64,000 nucleotides of DNA, from the NCBI RefSeq assembly GCF_033153115.1, contig NW_026889801.1, forward strand, positions 3,844,001-3,908,000, in the 5' to 3' direction. The stretch comes from Saccostrea echinata (taxonomy: Eukaryota). Every line of letters begins with the position of its first letter. Position 1 is the stretch's first letter. The notes beneath the pieces were generated by a model that saw only the letters and a list, made by a program, of their open reading frames with translations, did not search any database and was not told where the DNA came from. Positions 13,716 through 27,399 of the stretch are shown here, one piece after another. The translations under genes and the position numbers were made by a program.

Positions 13716-13959
13716 GTAAGTTCAAATAATCCAGGCATTCAAGAATGGAGACATTTTTAGCTACTACAGAAGAGAAGCGTTATGAATATTTCAATAAAAT
13801 ACCTTCATTAATATTTTAAATGCAAGTGTTCTATTTTCTTCTGGCATATATTACTAAACTAAATACGTCAGAGGATGTGTCAAAATAGAAACACAATTAA
13901 AAGAAACCAGTTCCTTTGCTAGTCTCTAGTAGGTAAGGTTTCTCCTGTTTCGACGTGTG

Positions 13960-15530
13960 GAATGACAACTACGACCTCCAAAAACATCAGAGGCGGATCA
14001 GGTGTGGAGTAAGATTCCCTGTCGACCGGTAACACCCGCCATGTACTCCTTGTCATGATCTGGTATATTGAAAAATCGGTAGAAATTTAGTGTGTAAGTA
14101 ATGGCCTAACAATTAGTTTGAAAAAACTCGGTAAGCATTTTACCTAATGATAGATTATATTTGCTGATTAGGACATTGCAGCGACCATAGAACTTGTGAA
14201 GTGATAACTCCAAACGAGACGAGACTGTTGATATCTTTGTTTCTTCAACATGTTAGTTAACAGCTTCCCTTGTTTTAAAAGATCGTACATAGAGCATGCT
14301 CTTGCGTATCGAATCAACTGGGAGGTATTAACCCCCTATGCAGGTGATAAGGGTATGTTGCTACATAAGTAAGGGAAGTTGACGATAGAAAAGTTGAAGT
14401 CATTGCATTTATCATAAAGATTTGTTGTCAGATTACCATTAATGTCTTTTTTATAGTAGAATATCCAAATATGAAACAGGTGTATTAGACTCTGTAGTGT
14501 CTTCTATTTTAAGTTCACTGGGATATATCAGATCGATGTATGGATGGAATTAACTGTAACTATTGTTAATTGGCAATACTTCGTCGATATATCGAAATGT
14601 CGAATTGAAGGGAGCATCAAGCGTTTTTTTCTTCTCAAGTAAATGTTTTTGAGTAAATTCTGCTTCATATGAATACAAAAATAGGTCCACTAATAACGGG
14701 GCGCAATTAGTACCCTGGGAATTCCCCACATTGTTGGAAGACCTGATCTCCAAAAACCACATAGATATTGTCAATCAGAAACGCAAGCATCTTTTTAATA
14801 TCAACTTCAGAGTACTTGTGTGTACAGTCAAAAGGTTTTTTAACAAAATAATTTTGCAAATGACCACGGATAAATTAAGTATATTTACGAGTTCTATTTC
14901 TATTGAAAAAGTAGCTGTCTATGACGCCAAAAAGCCTGGACTTTAATTTATCGTGTGGAATAGTTGTATAAAGTGTTCAAAAGTCGTACGTTCATAAAAT
15001 TGATTTTTGTAAAATTTTGGATTTCAAATTTTCCAAAAGTTCCTTGGAGTTTTTAAGTGTCCACATCTGATTTAGACCACTTCTGGAATATACTGCTGTA
15101 CAGTACTCCTGAAGTTCTCCGCTGTTGTAAATATTAGAGTGAGGAGTAAGGAGAGAGACATTGTAGAAGATTTGTTGAAAACCGCTATGTAACTCTGTTT
15201 GTAAGAATTTTCATGGAGTTTTGGAATCAAGTATAGGAATGGTAATTCAAATTCATTTTGAATTGTTGGGAATATTAAAAATATTTAAAACTGGCATATG
15301 GTTTTGAAGACTTTCCTCTTAAAAAGGGAGCTATGGGTATAAGTTGAATTACCTTGCAGAATTATATCCTAGTTCCTCTTAAATACTATTCAAATAATGA
15401 GCCTTACACACCTCCTTTGTCAGCTTGGACCAGTACATACTTACGTGCAATCTATCTAATTCTTTTTCACCTCTGCATATTTGAAGACAGAAGGATAGAT
15501 GGCTCACCAAAGGAGGTGACACTTGTTTAA
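13960..15530 (-). mobile_element. Degenerate Penelope-like retroelement (RT remnant)
   Basis: ORF 14550-14774 has GTNCAPLLVDLFLYSYEAEF...FRYIDEVL (RT motifs; YIDD decayed). The 3' end carries the recurrent ggtgtgaccggtcgacagggg motif. Confidence 0.75.
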
Positions 15531-17428
15531 AGGTTCTAATGAACAGCTTTTAAATAGTACATCAGAAAGAGGGATCTCATTTTTGGGGAAATGCAAGACA
15601 CTGTGAAATGTTAGCGGAGTACTCTCTCTAATTTTCATTCCTTGTAAATACTGATTTTATTTCACATTAGTTTTACCAAAAATAGACTATAGAGGGAATT
15701 CGAAATAAAATGCAGGGCTAACGGTAGATATGACAGGTCGACAGGGGATGCTTACCTCGCCTAGGTTAATGATCCCACCTCCGTTTTTGCCCTGTTCACG
15801 ATTTTTTGTTCACTGGATTTATGAGATTTAATAACTGTTCGTCATCTTCTCCTTTTACATTGCAAAGATAAGTCACTAGCATTATGCAGGCTGTCAGAAC
15901 AATCATAAAATAAAGAGAAAATACGAAGCAAAGTATGTTCATGAAGATTAATGAATAGCTTAATATAGATTTAGAAATTAACTTTCATTGCATGTACACG
16001 CTTTATATGTATATGATTAAAAATAAGATTTTCTTCACATTTCAACATTGAATTAGCAGTTCTATTATCCAAACAGGAAGTGTATGTAAGGAAGTGATAT
16101 GATTCCAAATAGGGGGAGAGTTAAGTTTAACTTTAATTAGGTCACACAGTTGTAATATTATACTCAATATATGTTATTGTAAAACGCAAAAATACCGTAT
16201 ATGCTCGTATGCAAATCGGTTCGCTGATGAGTCGGAAATTATTTTGGAAGAATCTGCCATAGACTAGCATATAATTCGATCTTTTTTGTCCAGAATAAGT
16301 TGCAAATGTCATATTCATATTCTATTTTAATTAAATGTTTTTCAAAGAATGGTTTTTTGGTATGGCATCTTTTTTTCTCAACAAATCAAACAGCAACGCT
16401 TTTTGAACAAAATATACATTTTGTTTATGTTTTATTGTTGGAGAGTTATGTCCTTTGTCTTGTATATTTTACATGTAAAATAGTTCTAGTATTTTACTAC
16501 ATTGTATGTACCTTGTAGTTTAATACACCTACCAAGCACCAGTCTCTTCCAACTTTAAAGAAATATTTGTACTTTTTATATTCATTTATGATTTGGAAAT
16601 TAATAATTACTGAAGTCTATAAATACATGTAATCTACTTGATTATTTATGATAAAAATACTATCAAGCTATATGTATTATTAATGTAACAATACATTTGA
16701 GTCATTAATAATTACGGATTTTTAATGTCCTAGAAACAGATTTCATAATTATAATTCTTATTTACAGCCACTAATCTGTATATATAATTGTGCATTGCCT
16801 TAGAAAAAGAAACAAAGTCATATTGTACATATAAAAAGGAAAAAGAAACAATGCCATATTGTACATCGTTTTTGGATTGTTGGCAGTCGTGCTGTTTACA
16901 GCCCGTCTTATTCTTTTCTTTGTTTATAGTTCTTGAGAGTTATGAATAATGTATAAAATGGAATTGTTTTTGAACTCAAAAATTGGCCATGGACAATTGT
17001 TAACTATGCTTTAATAGATCACCGTGTTGGTATTTATGTACTTATCTTTTATTTAAACAGAGTGTATCATATACATATATTTTTAACCTGTTGAATTTCT
17101 GGCAAAAAAAGGACTACTTTGATTAATTTGACTAGAAAATAAATGATATCAGGTTCAAAGTTTATGATACAGAATATCAAAAACAATAAAATGTTCGAAT
17201 GCAAAATGTTTTTAACTATTCCAGGAACCAAAGGGTGTTGTTTTAACCCTTGGCCAGGATCACTATCGTTCTTTAGTTAATATTTATTTAAAGTCAGAAC
17301 TTGTATTAGACAATTCGGTGCATTTATCATAAGATGTTGAAAGGATTTGATAGATGCTCTGCATTCTTATCTTTCATAATCTACGAAGGAGAAATTGTGC
17401 ATTCTGCAAATGTCGCTAAGAGTAAGCA

Positions 17429-17432
<4 letters not shown>

Positions 17433-17483
<51 letters not shown>
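17433..17483. repeat. (CT)n microsatellite
   Basis: Directly visible. Similar tracts at 37960-37981 and 48301-48344, and a GA/GACA tract at 7537-7620. Confidence 0.95.
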
Positions 17484-17484
<1 letters not shown>

Positions 17485-17855
17485 ACGACGTACATGTACC
17501 TTCATTTTTGATATGAGTTTCGAAAACGTCAGCATATCAATTTTCCTCGCACAATTCTAAGAATGACAAAATTTTTAACTTAACAGCATACTTTAAGAAG
17601 ATTATAGATTTGGGCTTCTTCAAACCCTGATGTTATTATCTTGTATATCTCTAATCTAACTATGTGCAAACTTCATTTATACAATCAATAAACATGGAAT
17701 GATGATGAAAAATAGTCATTAACGGCAACAACAAAATTATGTTTCCATTTTGTCCTGAGATATTCAGGAAGATTTTAGATTTCAGAATTTTAATTGAAAT
17801 TTTACATGAGGAAATAAACATATAATATTTATTTCAAGTAATCTATGACAACAAA

Positions 17856-17935
17856 ATGGTGTTTGTGTGTTCTATGTATTCTCTGTGCATTTTGTCTCTT
17901 TTGTTTGCATCTTGCATTCCAAAACTAAATGACGG
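17856..17935 (+). CDS. Mini-EGF receptor copy C, exon 1 (signal peptide)
   Basis: MVFVCSMYSLCILSLLFASCIPKLND gg|gtaagc, phase 2. Confidence 0.75.
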
Positions 17936-18033
17936 GTAAGCATTCTATTTGTAATTTTTTAGGGGAAAATCTCTTGCATATACGTTTATTCGCCGGTTTT
18001 TGAACAATTATCTGTACATTTCGGTTACTATTT

Positions 18034-18069
<36 letters not shown>

Positions 18070-18421
18070 TTTTTAAACAATAACGTGACGTGGAAATGCA
18101 GTATATTTTTATATTTTTTTCTGATATGTAGGAAACTAATTTTACTGAATTTGTTTTTACTTTCATTTTGGTTTTGGAAAAATTTTAAAGAAATGCATTG
18201 AAAATGTGCCGACAGCATGTTTGGGAAAAGGATATTATGCTTTGCATACATAACATTGAAAACAATATCAGAAGTCATCTGTTGTAAATATGATATTTAA
18301 TTCTGGCTAAGAGTGCAATAAAATTAACAAAAATGTATTAAATGCATGCCATGATCAAATTTACTTTTTTTAAAATTTACTTTATTCCCCACGATAAATA
18401 ATAGACCAACCTTTTTGACAC

Positions 18422-19300
18422 CACTCAGGTACGTTAAGGAAGGCCTGAGTTCACATCGGTGATGTGCCGTATAGGAAGTTTCATCGTCATTAAAAGTTTA
18501 ACAAGCGACAAAAATGTACTTAACCACATGATGTTCCGTTAACAACAACTTGCATTCATTTATTTTATCAATTATTTATGAAAGCTTGTAAAATCACAAC
18601 ATTTGATAGCAATACTGCCGAGTTATAAGTAGCAAATCTTGTGTCATAAATGACGTCACTAGCCTTGATTTGACGCAGTACAAGTGATCCAGGGGTTTAT
18701 TAATTACAAAAAATATGTTTAAATAAATATAAAACTATCGCCAATGCTTAAATCTAATCAATAAAATTAAAAGGAAATAATTTATTTAAAACAATAATGT
18801 AGATTATCAATTTATCTAGGTGCTATGGAGCTGCACAAAGACAGACAATGTAAAGGATATTGTTAACACGATATGTGTATACCTGATTAACCTTAAAAGT
18901 ACAAGGGCATAAATAGACTGTTTGAGCTGAAATAGAGAATATTAATTGCTTATATCATGTTTATTTTGGAAAGTGCTGAGAGCTGATTCTGGTCTGCATA
19001 ACATTATTTTTATTCATAACAGAATTTAAGAGAAGTGGGAATGTTTAGCTATTATACGAATTTTCGGCAATTAACGAGCATTTCCAAAACAGCTCAAAGT
19101 AGCTCTCAGCACTTTTCGGGAAGCCGATGTAATTATTTTTAATATGTGTCATTTTTTTCTCCACAAATATGCGTATGCCCTTGCACTAGCTTCATTTTCT
19201 ACATTCAGCTGAACAAATCAATTCTATTTTCATACCAGTCACACACAGTGACACACAGCTGATACATGCGATGTAACTGGTACTGAGTAAGCCACAAACC
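18422..19300 (+). mobile_element. Degenerate ~0.9 kb TIR-element relative (boundaries approximate)
   Basis: Starts near ctcaggtacgttaagg. Contains tgacgtca..tttgacgcag and the aagggcata / aaagtgctg / cagcactttt / tatgcccttgc inverted motifs also seen in 28410-29443. Confidence 0.45.
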
Positions 19301-19984
19301 TATAAATTATGGATATCTATATTACCTTTCCTTTCCTCTGTGTTTACAGTTACTTTGTTACAAAGTTTATTGAAAATTATACCTATTAAGATCGCATTTT
19401 CCATTTCCTTCTTTAACATAGCTGAGCATATACATTTCATTGACAATACCTTTGTATATGTACATTACTTTTCGGAGACCAGGTCTCCTGATACTCTGAA
19501 ATTCCAATGGGCACTAATTGTGCACAAATAATTACTAAACCAAGGCAATCTATTGACAAATAAGTTAATGATACAAATATATCAACAATCTCGTTTAAAA
19601 TCATCATTTCGAAAATTCTATGGTCGATACAACGGCCTTTTTGCAAATACAATGTGTCATGGAGTCGACTGTTGACAGGCGTCTTTCATGCAAATTGTTT
19701 GGTATTTATTTTTAAATTGAATTGTCTATTGATTTTTATGTTTACCCGATCACGGAAAGGAACATACGGTGGGTGTAACCGGTTGTTAGGGAATTCTTAT
19801 TTCTCCATGACAACTGCGTCCACCTCTGAGTTGGGCCCTGTTGGCTCTGCTCATAATTTGTATTGTTTAAATGGAATTTGGGAATGAACACTGTTTGTAT
19901 CCTAACATTTCATTCATTAAATGATAAAAATAAAATAAATAAAGGAAATATTCGGTCATTCTTCTTCTTTTTTTTATTTTTTAG

Positions 19985-20046
19985 CCACTGTAACCATGGA
20001 TGCTGTCTCGGATTCGTTTGGAATAGAACGCTAAATAAATGTGTCG
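19985..20046 (+). CDS. Copy C exon 2 (EMI-like CCxGxxW..C)
   Basis: ttttag| (G)HCNHGCCLGFVWNRTLNKCV |gtgtgt, phase 2 to 1. Confidence 0.8.
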
Positions 20047-20148
20047 GTGTGTATTTTTCCCCTCAACCTTCAATTATGAATGAATTTTCAAAACCGTTTA
20101 TCATTTAAAAAAAAAATTATCTGGAATGTATGCCTTTTTTGTTTGTAG

Positions 20149-20286
20149 AATGTAAGCCTGGTTTTATTGGACTAAATTGCAGTACTTCTTGTCCGACGTA
20201 TTATTATGGTTTGAACTGTGTATCAATCTGCAATTGTACCAAAGACGAATGTCATCATGAGTACGGATGTAAAAGTTATTCATCCG
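20149..20286 (+). CDS. Copy C exon 3 (EGF module)
   Basis: ttgtag| (E)[45 protein letters not shown] |gtagat, phase 1-1. Confidence 0.85.
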
Positions 20287-21019
20287 GTAGATATATATAC
20301 AGCAACAAAAAGCATACTTTTTAAAATCAGAATACAACATTGGTCCAAAGATCTGCAATTGTGAAAAAGAACTTGTAATCCGTCTAACTGATGTGCACGT
20401 AGGGGTTAACATTTTTCGCTCGGAACCTAACTTATACATTGGAGTTTGGGGTCTGCATGATTGACTCAGAGAAATAGATACGACTCTATTCCATCAGGAT
20501 ATTCTAATCAAATGTAAAAAAAAAAATCTATCAGGATATTTTAATCCAATGTAAAAAAAAAAAAAAAAATCCATGGATTTGATATTATAAGATGTCATTA
20601 CATGTTAGATGTTTTTTTTTAAACCTCGGGACATTTACTCTTGATGTCGTACACCAAAAATGCGACATCACATTCATTTTCATTTCCAGTTTTTATATAT
20701 TTGTCAATAAGGATTTTTTTTTTATATACGTCCTTTATAATTCATTTCCAAGACGAGACTGACTACTAAAAATTGTGTTGATGATTCAAGGATATCACAA
20801 ATCAACATTTAGCAAATTCTATGATCGATACAATGACATTGTTTGCAAATACAAAATATCCTTACGTCGAATGTTTTCTTAAATGTTTTATACAATTTGG
20901 TTTAATATTCTTTTAAAGCAGAATTTATTCGAAAGCTTCTGCATAAGAAGAAAGCGACTACTGTTGTCTTCAGCTCGAGCTTAAGCTAAATCGTATTAAT
21001 GAATGAAAAATTACACCAG

Positions 21020-21700
21020 CCTCTGCAGAGGATCGGAAAATCTATTATGACGTCACATTAAACAATACAAATTATTCTCGATGAATAATTACTAATGATA
21101 TTTTTCAAACATACTAAATTACTTCTGTTTCCCATAAATAATGTAGCGATGTGCAAATAGTATTAACCGAATCTAGAATGAAAGCCAGCTCGATCTTTAT
21201 GTATTGACTGAGATGACCTCAGTGACTAGTTTGACACGTAGATTCTCTATACTTTAGGCGTGGATCAAGCTTAAATATGAAAAAAATGAAACAAGCGTAA
21301 TCTGACCAAAAGGGAGAAATATTCCTCAATGCATAAATCAATATTGTATGACCAATTTGAATTGAAAATAAATAGACCTTATATAAAGCCGTAGTAAGGC
21401 ATTCATGTACAGTATCGTACTAGAATGACAGGCATAGCCCCTCGAAATTCTCGAAAGTTCAAAGATATCCGCTTCAATATACAAACTTGTTTATGAAAAT
21501 AAAGTTTATGAACACGCGTAGCTATATATATCATCCCTACTAATTGCTGGGAAATGGTTGTGCGCTGTTGCTTTATTCCGTAATATAACATTATTTCAAT
21601 GCGTATTACGTCCATATAGGAAATTTATCGAAAGACAGCTAAATTTGACATAATTCCCGAGCCTGAGAAAGTTGCTACCAGCACTTTTCCTGTTCAGTAA
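21020..21700 (+). mobile_element. Degenerate copy of the 2260 TIR-element family (intronic)
   Basis: Colinear with 2290-3020 (gcctctgcagagg..tatgacgtcac..gaatgaaagccagct..ggcgtggatcaagct..gatatccgcttca). Confidence 0.7.
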
Positions 21701-22059
21701 TTTCTCTTACAGAAAAAATCATCTCCATAGCGAAATGATATCCGTATATTGTTGAACTTTACAATCTTTGTAGACTTACATATTTTTTTTTTCTAATTTT
21801 AAAACTGGCACGTGATAAACCGATGATGTATAAGAGACGTCGCTTTGGCAGAACTCATCAGAGATCCGGTATATACATATGCAAATAGCAGAATTCCCAT
21901 TTATCAAAACTCACGCTAATAAAAAAATATATCACCACTGTATTCCTTCTTCTCGGAATTATTTTAGGCGTATTTCCTATGGACGTTCTTAACCTAACTG
22001 TGTGTACCTTCATTCATATATCGACTCACTTTATCCTAATTAACTGGAAATAAAAGAGA

Positions 22060-22620
22060 CTGAAGATTCTGCTATATCTGTTGCATATTTGGAATTTTTG
22101 CTGACTATATAAGATAATGACTGACTAACAATTGGACTGTATGACAAGCGAGATGACATCAGGTTTTCCATCAATAACCTTCCTTATTTATGTAGTAAAA
22201 TTCCACTATCGCCTGCATATGGTAATTATGTCTCCCATCTCATTCAATACGCAAGAACAGGCTCTAAGGACGATCATTTTTAAAACCGAGGTAGGCTATG
22301 GATCAAAAAATTAATGTTATAGATATTTCAACGGCATATCCAAAATTCAATGAATATTATAATGACTTTCTTTTTAAATACAACCTATTCTTGGTTCGTA
22401 TTGTTTAGCCATTACTTTTATTCTAAATTTGACAGCAGATTATTCCGTCTACCTGACCGTTTCATAGGTTTACGGTTGGTGTAACCTGTTGAAAGGGAAT
22501 GTTTACTCCTCTTAGTCACCTGATCTCATTCCTGAAATTTCCGTGTTTCATGCCCTGTAATCAAAGTGCTTTGTTTATAAGAATTTTGAGATCAATCACT
22601 GATCCTTATCTTCATCTTTT
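22060..22620 (+). mobile_element. Penelope-like retroelement 3' fragment
   Basis: Decayed RT C-terminal sequence (ctgtatgacaagcgagatgac, 'LYDKRDD') followed by the recurrent 3' motif. Similar fragments at 3170-3370, 12150-12360, 15700-15860, 19540-19900 and 20740-20900. Confidence 0.6.
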
Positions 22621-23204
22621 TCATCAAGCCATTATTCACATTCTGAAATGTCTACGGAGTTCTTCGTTAACTCGATAATATCAGAACCACACCGGGTGTT
22701 GATGCTTACTCCTCCATGGCAGCTAATCCTACCTGTGATATTCGATAGATTAGACTTTTCAGCATGATTATTTGATAACTGTACGTTATCCTCACTTGTT
22801 ATATACTTGTCATATATCAAATTATAGCCGGTTTTACTTATTTATGATCAACCCAGAGGACAAAAATACGAAAACAAGGGTGTATACAAAACTGTCATTT
22901 TTTTTTTTTTTTTTTTAAGAACACAAAAACATTTCTTTTTGGGAAGCTCTTCACTTTCCATAATATTGCATCTTTCCAGGTTGATAGGTTATTAAACATA
23001 AAGCTTTTTGTATATTTAAAATATTCATGGATTATAATTATACTACATTTTATTCAATACCACCTATAATTAGAAAAAAAAAAAAACAAAGGCAGTTGAA
23101 ATGAACAGTATTTCTTATTATATGAATTTTAGTATAAAAAAAAAAAAAATCAACAAACGACTGATACTAGGTTACATGTATTATTTTCAGGGAGTATAGT
23201 TTTC

Positions 23205-23235
<31 letters not shown>

Positions 23236-23323
23236 AGTTGGAACGAAAACATTTATATTTCTATTTATCATAATGTTTAAATTCACATCTGAATAATATT
23301 TTTTTTTTTTTTCACTTAAACAG

Positions 23324-23499
23324 ATAAGACAACAGAAGCTACCAGCAGTCGTTATGTTGATGAACAAAGGCATAAGAACGAAATTGGACCCTCGAGGACT
23401 TTGATTTTTGGCATTGCTAGTTTTTCAGTTTTGGCGGCAATATTAATCGTTGCTTATATGTGGACTTTTACCCCCAGAGCTCGTTGTGTGTTCGAGTAA
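23324..23499 (+). CDS. Copy C exon 4 (transmembrane; ends at TAA or splices at ga|gtaag)
   Basis: aaacag| (D)KTTEATSSRYVDEQRHKNEIGPSRTLIFGIASFSVLAAILIVAYMWTFTPRARCVFE*. Completes an in-phase ~150-aa type I membrane protein. Confidence 0.8.
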
Positions 23500-24839
23500 G
23501 CTAACATTAATAGTCAAGGTATTCAGGGTTGTAAACTTTGTAAACAACCGGGGTTTGACACTAAGGCAAGTCCGGCCGACACAGTCTAGTTAATGAGTGG
23601 TTCGGTCGTGTAAAAAATACGTGTACTAGACCACTTGGTCTTGTTGATAAATATCTGTTAAACCCAAATTTCAGTATTTTAAATAAATAACCTAAAAAAC
23701 TGTTAAGAAATTTTCCTATTTGCCTGATTGTAAACAAAAAATTCCCTCATCTTTAGCCACATCTTTTATAGACAAGTCGCGGTTGAAACTACTGTCGTTC
23801 AGTACAGTAAGTATCAATATGGTATAGTTATGTATAGTTTTAATATAATTAATTTATATTTACAATAATTATTTTATTAAATTTTGTTGAATCTTGAAGG
23901 CTTCTCCTGCTCAAACGTCCCGATGAACCTGACTCAATTGGCTGGAACCCATTGAACAATCCGTCAAAATATTGACATGTGGAAAAGACAATGCCTTTAT
24001 TAAATATTGTTTCAAAAGTTACCTCAGAGATGAGCTTAATGAATTGAAATATTTGAATGTATCTAATAACTCTTAAAAGTTTAAAATGCAATGCTCCCTC
24101 TTCTGTTGGTATTAACAAACTGCATGCACGTACGTCAATGGATGTCAAAGTAAGAAGAACCATCGAGAGAAAGAGTTGTTCCGCTATTCTCTGGTCAGGG
24201 ACCATTTGTGGACGGAAATATTTCTTGCAAATATTCTACATACTCTATTATTTGAAAGGATATGTTTGAAAAGAGTCTATAATTCTATAATGATATGAGA
24301 ATAGCAACGCTTTATTTGTGCTAAAATGTTCATGGAGATATAAATGAGGGTTTGAATGTTTCCAAAGATCTTTCCATTGATGCCATCTAAGATATTCTTC
24401 ATTTATTATTAGGAAGAAGTGTTCTTTGTATTTTTATTTATTTATTAATTTATTTATTTATTTATTTAATCATTTTTTTTTAAATTCCTTTACAATTTTA
24501 TGTGACTATTTATCATCTGAATTTATTCATTTTCAGCGTATTATTTTTAAATACGCAGTCAAAATTTGAATAGGGTTCTTAAGTAGGTGTACTATTTACA
24601 GACTTAAAAATAAAATTCTAGTAAAGTATGGCCTCATCGTCTGTGAAATTGGTCAACCTAATGTATACCGAAAAGAAAAAGGAACGCATATACCTAGATA
24701 TATATGGTTAGCATTTATAGGTATGCAACAAAATGATAGCGAAATACAATTTTATTTCATATTTCATTCAACAACATTTTTGAACCGAAAGGTTTAACTA
24801 TAGGGAGTAGGGGATATTTTTTTTTTTTAATTCGAAAGT

Positions 24840-25480
24840 TCAAAAGTCATATTGCGTGTGTCCTCAGCCTGCATTTTTATAGCCACTGGTATCATTTTGG
24901 GCATAGATCAGACGGTCGATTCTTCGAATAAGGGGATTTCACTCCTCTATAAGTGTTTGCCTAAGCTCATTGGTGACGTTTGAAATCGGATATGGAAGTC
25001 AAAATCGTTGATTCATTTCATCCCATAACTTCTCAATTAGGAACAATTCGGGATTAAAGGGTGACTACTCTGTGTTCGTCAGTCGGTGATCACATGGAAA
25101 TCTTGATGTATTCCACATTTGCAACGTGCGTTGCAAAGGGATGACCTACCTGGTATGAGGCCTGCGTACTCTTTTCTCTCCATTCTTGCATTGCGGCGTC
25201 AAGGAATGTTACTAGCAGTTACACGCGCTTTTTCAAACCCGTTCAGTGGATTAAACGGATCTCTCTGTCCGGAAGACCCATTGGCCCATGAAAAAGTTCG
25301 CCTCTTGGACATTCCCTAATTCTTCCTCCTAACATGAGTCTTCGGTACAGTGGATTGGGACACATCAAATTCTTCATCAATTTCATGCTGATGGTGTCTT
25401 TGCTTTAGTAATGATATAACCAGACTTCTTAGAATTCGGAAAGGCGTGGAACATTTTAGGCTCGAAATTTGTTCGAACTC
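24840..25480 (-). mobile_element. Degenerate Tc1/mariner transposase remnant
   Basis: HTH-like QHEIDEEFDVSQSTV (ORF 25316-25519) plus C-terminal remnants WDEMNQR, NELRQTLIEE and GHTQY (Tc1-type GGHTRY). Many frameshifts. Confidence 0.6.
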
Positions 25481-25903
25481 TAACCGGAAATTCATGGAAA
25501 AAATCAGAGGATATTGCAAAAATAGTTGGACTCATCCGAAATTCAAGGTGCATTGAGTTTAACTCCATGGTCGGAGGGAAACATCTCGTGCTCACCGTTG
25601 AGCACACCAGAATCATGGTTGAGGGATTTTTTTTTATTGCATGTCCATTTCTTGACATCATTTAACGTCCAAATATATTTAACTCTCATAACCATGATTA
25701 GACTCAAATTACTAGATGAACCAAAAATATNNNNNNNNNNNNNNNNNNNNNNNNNNNNNNNNNNNNNNNNNNNNNNNNNNNNNNNNNNNNNNNNNNNNNN
25801 NNNNNNNNNNNNNNNNNNNNNNNNNNNNNNNNNNNNNNNNNNNNNNNNNNNNNNNNNNNNNNNNNNNNNNNNNNACACAATGTTTGCTATAGTAAACAGT
25901 TTT

Positions 25904-25943
<40 letters not shown>

Positions 25944-26130
25944 GTTATACAATACATTATATTTGATTTAATGTCCACGTATCTTTCTATTTGAAGCTGA
26001 GTCCCCCAAGGTATGCTACGGGAAGAGTAACGAGGATATTGGAGCGCTAAAAATCCATTGTTTTAAATTCCTTAATTTCTTCTTTTTTGTATATATGATA
26101 TAAATATATTTTGAACTTTTGAGTATTATG

Positions 26131-26225
26131 TAGAGAACGAGACGGGTTCTGTATCGGACAAGTGTGTAGCACGAGTCTCCACCCCAAAATTTGTATCTAC
26201 GATACAGAACCTGTCGAGTTCTCTA
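26131..26225. mobile_element. 95-bp mini-MITE with TAG..CTA termini (Academ-like, tentative)
   Basis: 26-bp imperfect TIR tagagaacgagacgggttctgtatcg / cgatacagaacctgtcgagttctcta. Flanks tatg / aatg. Confidence 0.5.
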
Positions 26226-26529
26226 AATGATTTGTGACACGATCAATCAAAAAATAGTACCGCCCACTTTATAGCTGTGCAGCATCCAATCTTCCGCAAG
26301 AGTTCGTTTGTTCTTTCTGTAGACGAGGCCTCGACGGGGAGTATACATCCACAGTATATATATTTCCACGGACAACGTAAAATTTAGTCAGAGTTCTGGA
26401 TGAGGGATAGTCGTATGCCCCCATAAGTTAATATTCGTGAAAATCACTTTGAAATCAAGATCCTCAATCAGTAACAAAAGATCTGCCCTGATGCTCCATT
26501 TCCATTCAAGCATATACATGTATCAACAT

Positions 26530-27375
26530 GGTGTCACATGTCTAATATAAGATTTAAATGCATCCGATTTCCATCTACCAAGGAATCTAATCTATCACTC
26601 ATCCCCCTTGATGCACAGTAAGAGGCTATCCCAATTCGAAAGGAATGTCCTTTGAATCTATTGACATCTAAATTACAAAACATGAGACTTTGCTTCAATA
26701 CATTTGAAAATTCTTGCCTTGTGACTGCAATGTTTGGGGGGTAGCAAAAAAGGGGGCCCATCACCCCTCCCTCTCATTTTCAAGTGGTGTTCTAATTCCT
26801 CAATAGGACAGTATTTTAAAGAACTGCAGGAATTGATTGTAAGAGTAGAAACGTGACGGCCTGAATGTTTATAATTTTGAAAGTGAATCAAAACCTTACT
26901 TGTGACATTTGTAAGACATGATTAGCAGGGCAAACTGATGTTATTTCTCCTATTCTGAGGACGCCATGGAAAGTCAATAAAAACATTGCTTGAAATAATA
27001 CTTTTTTATATATGTTTGATACTGTATGTTCTAATGCATCACAAATTTTATGTAGAACTACTATGGTTATTGGTAAACGAATATCCATTGAAGGTTTTGT
27101 TTTGCGACAAGAACTTAATAGTTTTTGAACAAGGAAGCATGAAGTATTATCAGGCAAGTTATTAATTCTATGTATATATGCTATTGATAAAATAAATGAC
27201 AAAACAGAGGAGGCTGCCTATGTTCAGCAAATAAATAAGAGATAAACAAAGCCAAAGTATCCTGAGACAATGGAAGATCATTACTGATATTAAATATGTT
27301 CACAAAATTTCTATAAATAGACCATGCTCGTTTATATGCCTGAGTGGAAGCTGGTGCCAATGTTGAAGTCGACAT
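26530..27375 (-). pseudogene. Tyrosine recombinase of YR element 1 (frameshifted)
   Basis: LAPASTQAYKRAW; DIRLPIT; FLLTFHGVLRIGEI; YKHSG; FKGHSFRIG, spread over four ORF fragments. Confidence 0.9.
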
Positions 27376-27399
27376 GTTCCTTGAGACTGGTTCTAAGGA

